A DNA stretch of 64,000 bases, from the NCBI RefSeq assembly GCF_009914755.1, contig NC_060927.1. One strand, given 5' to 3'. The stretch comes from the human T2T-CHM13v2.0 reference genome, Homo sapiens. Position numbers and translations under genes: made by a program. Under the pieces are notes generated by a model. That model worked only from the letters and a program-made list of their open reading frames with translations. It was not told the origin of the DNA and made no database searches. Positions 1 through 16,242 of this stretch are shown piece after piece (position 1 is the stretch's first letter; each line of letters starts with the position of its first letter).

Positions 1-31
1 TTATCTAAAGTGAAAAAAAAAATAGGATTAC

Positions 32-289
32 CTGCAAGAGATCTCAGCACTTGTAATTCTTTTTCCAAATTGTCTAAAGTATGTTGATCAGTAGTGTCAT
101 CTAAGGAAAGCTCATTCTGGTCAGTAATATCAATATATTCAATTTCTGAAATTTCAGAAGCAGCTCTAGATGATGATTGAGCAGCTGCACTTCTTGATCG
201 AGGATGAGAGGATGAAAGGCAACTGGAGCTTTCTTTAACAGAGTTGGAAAGTGGAAAATTTCCTGTTGAAGGTCTCTGTGATTTCTGAC
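32..289 (-). CDS. ZBBX: ZBBX coding exon, 258 nt, phase 1-1 ([22 protein letters not shown]...[11 protein letters not shown])
   Basis: Acceptor taattttag|GTCAGA, donor TTGCAG|gtaatc; open frame. Confidence 0.94.
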
Positions 290-1419
290 CTAAAATTAAA
301 AGTAAAAAGTTTTTAAATCAACTTTTAAAAATTTGAATGAGTACTTAAAGATACAAAATACCAGGTCCCTGCACACAGAGAAGTTAAGTTCATGTAACAG
401 AGTTTATGAAAAGTTAACTTTGACTATCACCCTTTCTAGCTAACCACATTTTCTTAATCTCAAATTACTTTTCCAATGTCATAAAGAACACTTCTGTGTA
501 TTTTTTTCCTAATTTTCCTACATTCAGAGGAAAACAAACTAATTTTAATATTCACAAAGGAAAATATCTATAAACTAAGTCAACTTTGTAGAGAAACAAC
601 ACACAATTTTATAACGTATTCCAAAGCCAAGCACCACGACATGTGTCTTAAATTCCAGGACAATACCAAACTTAATACCTTGTAAGAAAAAAAACCTTAG
701 AAAAAGCATCGTGCCACTTCCTAGTAAACCAATTTTACTTGATGATATGTAATTTATTCTTACATTTAAAAATATGGCAACAAAAGAGACTAATTTACAA
801 AATCTATATGAATATTTGGAAAAACACAGGCTTTAAAGAAATTGAGATCACGTCTCTAATTTTCCTACGGATGAGCTCACTCTCTTCTGGAAAAGTTCCA
901 GAAGCACCGATCTAAATTAGGTTATTACATTGTTCCTCTAGGACAGTCGCTACTTTGTCTTCACCTGTTTTGAAAGTTGACTTAGTTGGTTTCTTCAACA
1001 TGTTTGCTCCTTTAACAGTAGGAAAAAAAAATCTCTTCAAATCTTATACTAACACAACATAACTAATTTCTAATTTGGTATTTCTCACAAAATATTACTT
1101 AATAAGGCCAAGACAGTTTTCAAGGTACATATTTAAAAATTCATAGGGCAGGTAAATGCTTTAATGTAATAAATTATTGTTCTGATTTAGGTAAATATAT
1201 TTATAGTAAACATAATTATATTATAAGATAACTTTGCACTCCCTTAACACAAACTGGCTTTGTAAAACTATTAGGTGGGTGCAATTGTCATTATCATAAA
1301 AACCCTAATTTGATGGAACCTATGCCATATAACATTGTTCTCACTCTAGTGACTCAACAAAAAATATAAAATTCAAAAAAGTGACTACAGGCGGTAATCA
1401 TGTATTAAATATTTAATGA

Positions 1420-1700
<281 letters not shown>

Positions 1701-3499
1701 GAGTTTGTCTTTTTTTAACTTAAAAAAAATCTACTTCGAATGTGTCTAATACCTCAAGAAGACTCTCAATACAGTATGTAATTATTTAAGCAATTAAAAT
1801 TGGCCAAGGTAAGTCTCAAAGGGTACCAACTTTAGTGAAAATTTCAGAAATCAATTTTTAAAATAATTTTAATTGAAATAAAATTATGAGTAAGTTAAAA
1901 TAAGACTGATCTTTTGTGTCTATTTGTGCTCAGATAAAAATAATGGGCTAAAATATGCCTAAGTGTTAAAAACATATATCTATATATATATATATATAAT
2001 TATCCCTGAGAATTATTTTTATGACTATAAGTTAGAAATGATTTCCTCTTTTATCTATAATATGTAAAGAACCATATTTATAGCAATCAAGAACCAAACT
2101 CTCCAAGTCTACATAAGGAAGCAATAGCACAGGCAATAGCAGTAGCTGCACAAGTCAGAGAGTGTAACAATAATTCGCAATATAAATCAAAAGTTCTACT
2201 CTATGGGGTAAACCACACTTTAGTATCTGTACTATGATATGTCTCAATCAAGGTAAAATTTAAAGGAATTCACAACTCTTTAAAAAAACAAACCAAACGA
2301 AAATACTATGAGTAAGGACTGGACTTCTGCCAATTCACAGAAATGAAGAAAGAAAAATTTAATATAATGTAGATGCCCTTCAGAAAATCTAGAAGAGTAC
2401 GAACACTAATAAGAACGTTTGATTGCCACAGTATTTAAAGGTAATTGATCCCCATTGAGAAAAAGTACACAAAGGACAGGTCAGACTTATGCTTAGCACA
2501 CAGCAAAGAAACAGACCATCTTTCTTACTGGAAATATGCTCAAAGTGTAATTTAAAGTAACTAAAACACAGAAACAGACAGAAGAGGCCCCAGTTTGATT
2601 CTTGATTTTGTTTATTGTTCTTTTAAGCCAATATATCATTCTTTCTAATGTTTAATATATAAGGGTACTAATGTTACGGTTAAGTTTAAGATATAACACA
2701 ACATTAACACTGGCACTAGTTAAAAATGCCATGATTGAGGGGATCATTCCATATTTTTTTTTAAAAAAATCTCAATTTGTAGATTAAAAGCATAAGAAGT
2801 TACTTTTGGAGTAACATGCGCCATCACTGTCAATGTAATCATAAGAAATTATTGGTTAACACTGATCAGTTATATTCTAAATGTAACAAAATAAATTTTC
2901 CTTGGTGTTAACTGAAGAATATATGCTCTATGATTACTAATAAAACTAAGCCAACTATTGGGAAGATAAAATTCAATAGTGACTTTAAATCATATTAATG
3001 GATACAATATTACTGGTAAGGATATAAAAAATAGGAATAATTCACTGAATGATAATCGTTATTGCTATTCTAAATATAACAATAGAATTAGATGAAATGT
3101 AACTATAGCAACATAATTTTAGGTAGCGTTTTAATAACAAATAATATTCTTATCAAAGGACCCAGTATTTTGATCTTAAATAAAGTTTGCAAAACACTGT
3201 TGTCTATTGACATTCATGTTTCACTGTATCAACTGCTGAGAATTTATACATAAAAAGAATTCTTAGAAATGTATTTTCTAAGAATTCTTAAATTTATATA
3301 CAAATTTTATTTAGCAGCATGGTTAAGTGGAAAGAATACTAAACTAGGTAACTAAGAATGTTATTGTGTTATCTTATAGAATTAGAAAACAGCTTATGAC
3401 CTGTGAAATACAAAATTCAGGAACTGGATAGTAGAACGTCTTAAATTCCTTCCAACTCTGAGAGCTTGTGAATTAATACTCAATCAAATTCAATTATAA

Positions 3500-4570
3500 A
3501 ATTATTTATCACCCTCTAAAACTGCCAGGCACTGTGTCAGGATTGGGGTATTCAAAAGGGAATAAGACATCACCTCCACCCTCAAGTTGCACTCCAAACT
3601 AACACACAGTTCTACTAGCCTACTCTACTAATTGGAAAACACTTACTGAGCACTTACAATAGGCCAGGCCCTGTTCCATTACTGAAGATACCCCAATGAA
3701 CAGGACAGACTAGTCCTTGATTTCTTTCCAACCAAGGGTAAGAGAAAGCAGGAAAAAAGCTAATAAGATGATGTTAAATAGTGATAGCTTTTACAAGAAA
3801 AATAAAAGAAGGTAAATGTGATAGAGAAACTCAAGAGACCAGCACTAGATAGGGTGGTGCCAGAAGGTCTCTCTATGGAGGTAGCATCTGGACTGAAGCT
3901 GAATAATGGAAAAGAATCAATCATATGAAGAGTGTGAGAATGGAGAGGGAAATTTCAGAGCATCCTGGAGAAGAGGTAAGATCTAATTCTAAGGCTAAGA
4001 AGTGAGTAAGAGAGTGGCTTAAGAACAGAAAGAAAGTAAATGTGGCTACAGTGTAGGAGAAGATGCAGTTAGGAGAGACGGGTAGCCAACCAAGGTGTTG
4101 CTGTGTGATACATGGTAAGGCATACTTTTTTCTACTTTCTATAGGGATCCATGGAATGCTTTAGACAATAGAATGGCATGATACAATATATGGTTTACAT
4201 TTATGGAAAGTACGATTCACTTCCTATAAACTATAAATATCAATACTGTTATGAGTAAAAACAATTCACTCACTGACTATAAATAGTAGAATATAATGGA
4301 AATGAATTATAGCAACATGATTTTGGGAGAAGTAAAAGTGAAAATGGGAGACAAATGAGAGATGAAGACAAATGGCTTGGACTAATCTTGAATAGTGAAG
4401 GTAAAAGTGTTTAGTGTTGGGCTTGATTTTAGAGCTGAAATCAGCAGAATCTAAAAATAAATAGGATACACTGAGTGAGAGGCAAGATGACTCCCAAATT
4501 TCAGACTTAATCAATGTTTGGATAGAGTTGCCATTTCCAGAGGCAGGAAGATGGGCTAGGGGAGGATTAA
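3500..4570 (-). mobile_element. Degraded L2 fragments
   Basis: L2 3'-end motifs (ttactgagcacttac...ccaggccctgttc; ccaggcactgtg) followed by purine-rich L2-like body. Confidence 0.6.
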
Positions 4571-5169
4571 GTTGTGGCAGGGATGAGAAGAATGAATAAA
4601 CTTGCTGCTAAACACACATAGCTACGATGTTTTTACATTCATGACTTCTTAATTGTTATGGAAATGGGAATTCCTCTATATACTGGCATCAGTGCAGAAT
4701 ACAAGATTTCTATAACTTGTGACAGAGCCAGGCAATTTTTAGTTTATTTTAGACCATTGTCTCTGTTCAGAAAGCCATTTCCTACCTTCTCTAACTGGTA
4801 AATATTATAACTTTTTAAAGACTCAACTGAATGTTACCTAGTCTCTAATATCTTGCCAATCTACACTTTTCAATAGCAAAGTCATTATGTTATCATCTCT
4901 ATTTCTAAAAAAAAACCTTGCTTATATATCTAACTATTATAGCTGATAGGACATATTATCATTAATTACCTATTAAGGTCCAAAAGTAAATTACTCATAG
5001 GTCTTTTTATAAAACTTATATGTGGTATAATTTACATATTCACACACACATTTTATATATATCAAAAAATTTATAGCACTTTTCTCAAAATATGGTATTC
5101 AGACTGTTTATATTAGCATAACACGGAGTTGTTGTTGTTCAGAAAATAAATGCAATTTCTTAGGCATTA

Positions 5170-5275
5170 CCTCAGCCTTAATTAATCAGAATCCCTAAGA
5201 GTCAGATCCAGAAATCTGCATTGCAAGAGGTTTCCCAGGTGATTATGCCCACAGCGACTTTTGAGAAAATTTTAT
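5170..5275. mobile_element. MER5-like hAT DNA transposon fragment
   Basis: taatcagaatc...aaatctgcatt...tcccaggtgatt motif. Confidence 0.55.
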
Positions 5276-6658
5276 ACTGGACTCTAAGCTCTTAAGCAAT
5301 AGAGATAAGAGTTTGTTTTGTATAAACAGTGTCTGGCAGTAGTGCTTGAACAAATGTTTTTTATAGCAAATTATTGATTTTGACTGATCTGTCCAAATTG
5401 ATACTTAAAAGCATTTGACTATGGATTTGTAGATTTGTCTTTGTAATAAATTTCTCATAGCACGTATATGAATTTGTTTTCATCAATATACAGTGACTTA
5501 AAGCAGTTCTTTCTGATTGCCTCAGAGGGAAGCAACCAGAATTTTTGAAGTTGCTGTCGACTTTGATGTAAAAATAGGCATCTAAGTATAGAGCCAAAAA
5601 AATCATAAATACATTGTTTTCTCCCTAAAAATTTTATATCTGACAGATTCTCAACATAAATGCACATGGAAAGGATCTAAGATAGCCAGAGAGTTTTAAT
5701 CATAGATTTTAGGGCAAGAGAGACATATATATCTTATATAGAGAGGCAAATCATATGCAATTAAATTTCTGCCTTGAAGATAGCCTTTAAACCAAGGCAA
5801 ATAGCCCCCTTTCTCAGGTATTCCTCCTAAACTGTGAGCTCAATAAGATCAGGGAATATTACTTACATATCTCTTTTATCCTCGGGGCCAATCCAAGTGC
5901 TAATATCCTCAAAATATATGCTGAATTACCTGAATTCATTAGTTGTCTACTACAACTTCCTACTTTGGCATAGAGCAAACCCACTATAGCTGGTATAATG
6001 GGATAACAGTAATGTCCTAATAATAGTAGTGATTTTAATGATGTTATATGCTCTGTATACACTCATTAGGAAAGTATCAAAATAGATATTCAGTATGTCA
6101 AAAGAATTATTCTATGGAAAATCTTATAATTACTTTGTTTAGAGAATAGAGGTAATGAACTGAAATGAAGATTCCAGGGTCAATGCATACAGAATTATAT
6201 TTAGAACTAAGCTTTCTCAATCCCAGCAAGAAACAGCATCTTAACCTAAGTCAATCATTTCACATATGGCTCTGTCTGATCATAATATATATCAAGTGAA
6301 AGAGTATGCAAAATCTGGTATAAACATACTGCTTCCTGAGTGAGTAATGAAACCATGTATTTTATAAGGATTGTTCAAAATATGCCATATCCTTAACTAC
6401 ATTTTGCAAATATTATTTCCTAATACATTGTTATAGAAAATAACTAAGATGATAATTCATGCCTTTGGAAAAATGAGCTCACTTGTTTTTATGCTTTGGT
6501 TTTGGAAGAAAAGTCGAGGACATTTAGTTAAAATGAATGAATTTAAATTACAGAACTTCAAAAACTAAATTTCAGGTGCCTACTAAACTGCTAAAAAAGC
6601 AAACTACTAAAGGAATTAAGCTGCCAACATGGCACTGCTGCCTTTGAGTCAATGTTAC

Positions 6659-6775
6659 CCATCTTTTGCTGTTTTCTACTTGATGATGGACTCTGAGCAC
6701 CCTGCAGAACACCCAAGACAATTGCATTATCAGCATATTCACTTAAGCTATGGTCTGGAATCCATTCTCTGTCTT
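6659..6775 (-). CDS. ZBBX: ZBBX coding exon, 117 nt, phase 1-1, probably an alternatively spliced cassette (EDREWIPDHSLSEYADNAIVLGVLQGAQSPSSSRKQQKM)
   Basis: Acceptor caatttcag|AAGACA, donor AGATGG|gtaaca; 39 codons, symmetric, so skipping preserves frame. Confidence 0.9.
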
Positions 6776-7504
6776 CTGAAATTGAAAAACAGTAAGATAA
6801 CATAAAGTTTGAAAAGAAGAAAATCCATTTTATTAGTTTTATATTTATGTCTTACTGGACAATATTTAACTGAATAAAGAATATTTACAACAGTGATATA
6901 TATTATGAAATACAAAATCTTATTACAAAATAAAAATCATTAAATTAATATATTTTAATTTTAAAAATTTAAAAAGTATATAACAATGCAACATAAAGTA
7001 TAATTGTTTCTACATGAATAAACACATTTGAATACATAAGATGCCTAAGAATATAGATGACACCAAGATCTAGCTTTCAAAATGGAAACTAAAAAATCAT
7101 GAAGAGAAGATGGCCAAATAGGAACAGCTCCAGTCTGCAGCTCCCAGTGATAATGATGTAGAAGGCAGGTGATTTCTGCATTTCCAACTGAGGTACATCT
7201 CATTGGGACTGGTTCATCTCATTGGGACTGGTTGTACAGTGGGTGCAGCCCAAGGAGGGCAAGCCAAAGCAGGGTGTGGTGTCACCTTACCCAGGAAGGA
7301 AAGGAACTCCCTCTCCTAGCCAAGGGAAGCCATTAGGGACTGTAACTTGCACTCTGGCTCGGATACTGTGCTTTTCCCGTGGTCTTCGCAACCCTCAGAC
7401 CAGGAGATCCCCTCCGGTGCCTACACCACCAGGGACCTTGGTTTCCAGCACGAAACTGGGTGGCCACTTGAGCAGACACCGAGCTAGCCACAGGAGTTTA
7501 TTTC

Positions 7505-7708
7505 TCATACCCGAGTGGCACCTGGAACATGAGTGAGACAGAAGCCAGGGGGGTGAAGCCAGGGAGCCAAGTGGTCTGGCTCATCGGTTCCCACCCTCAT
7601 GGAGTCCAGCAAGCTAAGATCCACTGGCTGGAAAGTCTCACTGCCAGCACAGCAGTCTGAGCTCAACCTGGGATGCTCGAGCTTGGTGAGGGGAGAGGTG
7701 TCTGCCAT
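7505..7708 (-). CDS. Putative L1 ORF0 homologue, 67 aa (MADTSPLTKLEHPRLSSDCCAGSE...DSMRVGTDEP...VPGATRV)
   Basis: Antisense ORF in the L1 5'UTR; ATG context gtaATGG; shares the MA..P, L.SDCCA and DS..VG..EP pattern with primate ORF0p. Expression is unknown. Confidence 0.6.
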   Translation of the reverse strand: MADTSPLTKLEHPRLSSDCCAGSETFQPVDLSLLDSMRVGTDEPDHLAPWLHPPGFCLTHVPGATRV

Positions 7709-8383
7709 TACTGAGGCTTGAGAGGGTGGTTTTATCCTCACAGTGTAAACAAAGCTGCTGGGAAGTTCAAACTGGGCAGAGCCCACTACAGCTCAGCAAA
7801 GCCACCATGGCCAGATTGCCTTCTCAAGAGTCCCTCCCTGAAAAAAAGGCAGAAGCCCCAGCCACAGACTTATAGATAAAACCTCTACCTCCCTGGGACA
7901 GAGCACCTAGGGGAAGGGGCGGTTGTAGGTGCAGCTTCAGCAGACTTAAACATCCCTGCCTGGCAGCTCTGAAGAGAACAGCAGATCTCCCAGCACAGCG
8001 TCTGAGCTCTGATAAGGATCAGACTGCCTCCTCAAGTGTATCCTGATTGGGAGACAACTCCCAGCAGAGGCCGACAGACACCTCTTACAGGAGAGCTCTG
8101 GCTGGCATCTGGTGGGTGCCTCACTGGGACAAAGCTTCCAGAGGAAGGAACAGGCAGCAATCTTTGCTGTTCTGCAGCCTCCGCTGGTGATACCCAGGCA
8201 AACAGGGTCTAGAGTGGAACTCCAGCAAACACCAGCAGACATGCAGCAGAGGAGCTGGACTGTTAGAAGGAAAACTAACAAACAGAAAGGAATAGTAACA
8301 ACATCAACAAAAAAAACATCCACTCAGAGACCCCATCTGAAGGTCATCGACTTCAAAGACCAAAGGTAGATAAATTCACGAAG

Positions 8384-9406
8384 ATGGGGAGAAACCAGTG
8401 CAGAAGGGCTGAAAATTCCAAAAACCTGAATGCCTCCTCTCCTCCAAAGGATCACAACTCCTCACCACCAAGGGAACAAAACTGGACGGAGAATGAGTTT
8501 GACGAATTGACAGAAGTAGGCTTCAGAAGGTGGGTAATAACAAACTCCTCTGAGCTAAAGGACCAAGTTCTAACCCAATGCAAGGAAGCTAAGAACCTTG
8601 AGAAAAGGTTAGTCAAATTGCTAACTGGAATAAATAGTTTAGAGAAGAACATAAATGACCTGCTGGAGCAGAAAAACACAGCACAAGAACTTCATGAAGC
8701 ATACACAAGTGTCAATAGCTGAATAGATCAAGCGGAAGAAAGTATATCAGAGATTAAAGATCAACTCAATGAAATAAAGCGGAAAGACAAGGTTAGAGAA
8801 AAAAGAGTGAAAGAAACGAACAAAGCCTCCAAGAAATATGGGACTGTGTGAAAAGACCAAATCTACGTTTTATTGGTGTACCTCAAAGTGACGGGGAGAA
8901 TGGAACCAAGTTGGGAAACACTCTTCAGGATATTATCCAAGAGAACTTCCCCAACCTACCAAGACAGGCCAACATTCAAATTCAGGAAACACAGAGAACA
9001 CCAAAAAGATATTCCTTTAGAAGAGCAACCCCATGACACATAATCCTCAGATTCACCAAGGTTTAAATGAAGGAAAAAATGTTAAGGGCAGCCAGAGAGA
9101 AAGGTTGGGTTACCGACAAAGGGAGGCCCATCAGACTAACAGCAGATCTCTCAGCAGATACCCTACAAGCAGAAGAGAGTGGGGATCAATATTCACATAC
9201 TTAAAGAAAAGAATTTTCAACCCAGAATTTTACATCCAGCCAAACTAAGCTTCATAAGCAAAAGAGAAATAAAATCATTTACAGACAAGCAAATGCTGAG
9301 AGATCTTGTCACCACCAGGCCTGCCTTACAAGAGCTTCTGAAGGAAGCACTAAATATGGAAAGGAACAAATGGTACCAGACACTGCAAAAACCTACCAAA
9401 TTGTAA
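8384..9406 (+). pseudogene. L1 ORF1 remnant
   Basis: MGRNQCRRAENSKN... broken by a stop at 8720-8722 and frameshifts (fragments 8848..9036 and 9179..9406). Confidence 0.9.
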
Positions 9407-9469
9407 AGACCATTGACACTATGAAGAAACTGCATCCACTAACGGGCAAAATAAACAGCTAGCATCATA

Positions 9470-13277
<3,808 letters not shown>

Positions 13278-13500
13278 ACAATGAGAACACATGGACACAT
13301 CAAACACTGGGGCCTGTTGGGGGGTGGTGGGATAAGGGAGGGATAGCATTAGGAGAAATCCCTAATGTAGTGATGGGTTGATGGATGCAGCAAACCACCA
13401 TGGCACGTGTATACCTATGTAACAAACCTGCATGTTCTGCATATGTACCCAGAACTTAAAGTGAAATTTTAAAAAAAAATCATGAAGAAACAAAAAATTG

Positions 13501-13502
<2 letters not shown>

Positions 13503-13547
<45 letters not shown>
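13503..13547. repeat. (TA)n microsatellite, about 22 units
   Basis: Read directly. Confidence 0.95.
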
Positions 13548-13551
<4 letters not shown>

Positions 13552-14879
13552 TAGTAAGGAGATTAAATCTGTTAACAAAAATTTGCCAATAATGAAAAGT
13601 CCTGGACCTAATTGCATTAGTGGTGAGTTCTATCACACATTTGAAGAAATAACACCAGTCCTCAAACTTTTCCAAAAGATTGAAGAGGAGGGACATCAAC
13701 TCGTTGATACTAATGCCAAATAAAGACACTACAAGTAAAGAAAACATCAGAACAATATCATTTATAATCAGTGATGTAAAAATCTTCAAAATACAAGCAA
13801 ACCAAATTCGGCAGCATATTAAAAACGGTTATACATCATGATCAAATAAAATTTATTTCTGAAATGTAAGGATGGTTCGGCATATGAAAATCCATCAGTG
13901 TAATACACTACATTTATAGAATGAAAGAAAAAAACACATAATCATCTCAATTTATGCAGAAAAAGTATTTGACAAAATCCAACACACTTTTATGATAAGA
14001 ACAACCAACAAACTAGGAATAAAAGGGAAATGCCTCTACATAATAAAAGTAATATGCTAATAACCCACAGCAAACATCAAACTCAATGGTGAAAAATAGA
14101 ACATTTCTAAGATCTAGAGCAAGGCAAGGATGCCTGCTTTTGCTACTTCTATTCAATATAAGTAGCCAGAACAGACAAGAAAAAGAAATAAAAGACATTT
14201 GAATTAGAAAGGAAGAAGTAAAATTATCTTTGTTCACAGATGGTGTGATCTTATATGTAGAAAACACTAAAGATTCCACAAAAATATGTTAGAATAAATG
14301 AAATCAGCAAAGTAGTAGGATACAAAGTCAATAGGCAAATACCAGTTGTATTTCTATATGCTAACAATGAACAATCGGAAAAGGAAATTAAAGAAACAAT
14401 TCCATTCACAACAGCATAAAAAAGAAACAAACTTAGAAATCAACATAACCAAGGAGGTGGAAGACTTATGCAATGAAAACTATAAAACATTGCTGAAAGA
14501 AATTAAAGAAGCCACACATGAAAAGAAACATATCTCATGTTCATGAACTGGAAGAGTTAATAGTGGTAAGGTGCCAATGTTACCCAAAGTGATCTACACA
14601 TTCAATATAATCCCTATCAAAAGCTCAATGACATTTTTCGTAGAAATAAAAAAACCCATCATAAAATTCACATGCAATCACCAGGGACCCTGAATAGCCA
14701 AAACAATATTAAAAACAAGAGCAAAGCTGGAAGACTCACACTTTCTGATTTCAAAACTTATTACAAAGATACTGTAATCAAAACAGTGTGATACCAGTAA
14801 AAAGACAGACATACAGACCAATGAAATGGGATAAACAACCCAGAAATATATCCTCCCTCACATATACAATCAAATTATA

Positions 14880-15032
14880 ATGATTTTTTAAAAAGTATCC
14901 TTATGGTATAAAACTTATTTTGAAATATGTATATATTGTGGAATTGCTAAATCAAGTTAATTAACATATGTATTATCTCACCAATCATTTTTTTGTGTGT
15001 GTGGTGAGAACACTTAAAATTCACTCTCTCAG
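14880..15032 (-). mobile_element. Short antisense L1MA 3'-end fragment nested in the older L1
   Basis: gtggtgagaacacttaaaattcactctctcagc motif; host L1 resumes at caaataatttttgacaagggtgcc. Confidence 0.7.
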
Positions 15033-15749
15033 CCAAATAATTTTTGACAAGGGTGCCTAGACCATTCAATGGGGGAAAGAAAGGTCTTTTCAACAAATGG
15101 TGCTGGAAAACTTGATATCCATACGCAAAATAATGAATCTGGACCTTTGATACCATGTACAAAAATAAACTCAAATCGATCAAAGACCTATATGTAAAAC
15201 CTAAAACTACAAATACCTTAGAAGAAAGTATAGGCCCAGGACATTGGCTTTGGAAATGAATTCTTAAATATGACACTGAAGGAACAGGCAAGAGCAGCCA
15301 CAAAAGTAGACAAATTGGACTTAATAAAAACTGGAAAAAAACTGCATCCAAAGACACTATCAACAGAGTAAAAGGGCAATCCACAGAATGGGAGGAAATA
15401 GTTGCAAATAATATATCTTAAGAAGAAGCAGTATCCAGAATATAATAAGGAACTCCTATAACTCAACAATGAAAAAACAAATAACCCAATTAAAATAAGA
15501 GCTAAGGAATTGAATAGACATTTCTCCAAAGAGTATATACAAATTACTTATTAAGCACATGAAAAGATGCTTAACATTATTAATCATTAGGAAAATGCAA
15601 ATCTAAGCTACAATATTGTACCACCTCAGACCCATGAGGATGACTATTCTCCCCCCGACCCCACCAAAAAAATAAAAGAACAAGTATTGTCAAGAATATG
15701 TAATAATCGGAACATTTGTGCCCTGTTGGCAGTAATGTAAAACACCAAC

Positions 15750-15870
15750 CAGATGCTGGCACCATACTACTTATACAGCTTGCAGAACTCTAAGCCAAAT
15801 AAACTTCTTTTATTTATAAATTATGTAGCCTTGGTTATTCCTTTACAGCAACACTAAAAGGTCTAAAATA
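15750..15870 (+). mobile_element. MaLR LTR 3' fragment (MST/MLT1A-like)
   Basis: cagatgctggcaccat...gcagaact...ccaaataaacttc...cagcaacac. Confidence 0.7.
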
Positions 15871-16088
15871 ACCACACTTCTAAATGCTAAAAAATCTTTC
15901 CTAGTTTCATTGTAAGTCATAGTTTCTCACATTCTGATAGTAACCTTAAATGTAAATATATGGCAACTAATACAAGGTTAATAATTTTAGGCTGGCAAGA
16001 AGAAAATGATTTTATCCATTGAACAGAATTGCTCAGTATTTCCTAAGATGAGAACAGACTGTTTTAGAAAAATGAGCTAGAAATTTAC

Positions 16089-16242
16089 CTGCAAGTGTAA
16101 TCCTAGTACTGGAATTGTTGCATTCTAAACGATGAGAAGGAAGTAAGTTGAGTCTTTCATTTGTATCAAAAATAAAGAATCTCTCAAGTCCTTGATATTG
16201 TTTTGTTATAGGCTTACTTCTGCAGGCTATTTCTTGTAACAA
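16089..16242 (-). CDS. ZBBX: ZBBX coding exon, 154 nt, phase 0-1 ([51 protein letters not shown])
   Basis: Acceptor tttcttag|TTGTTA, donor TTGCAG|gtaaat; overlaps ORF 16033..16242. Confidence 0.94.

Larger units (their letters stand above)
13489..15745 (+). mobile_element. Older L1 (L1MB/L1MA-like) ORF2 fragment that hosts the L1PA insertion
   Basis: Diverged L1 ORF2 sequence; its 5' end (ctaaaaaatcatgaaga|aacaaaaa) is the target site of the younger L1. Confidence 0.85.
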
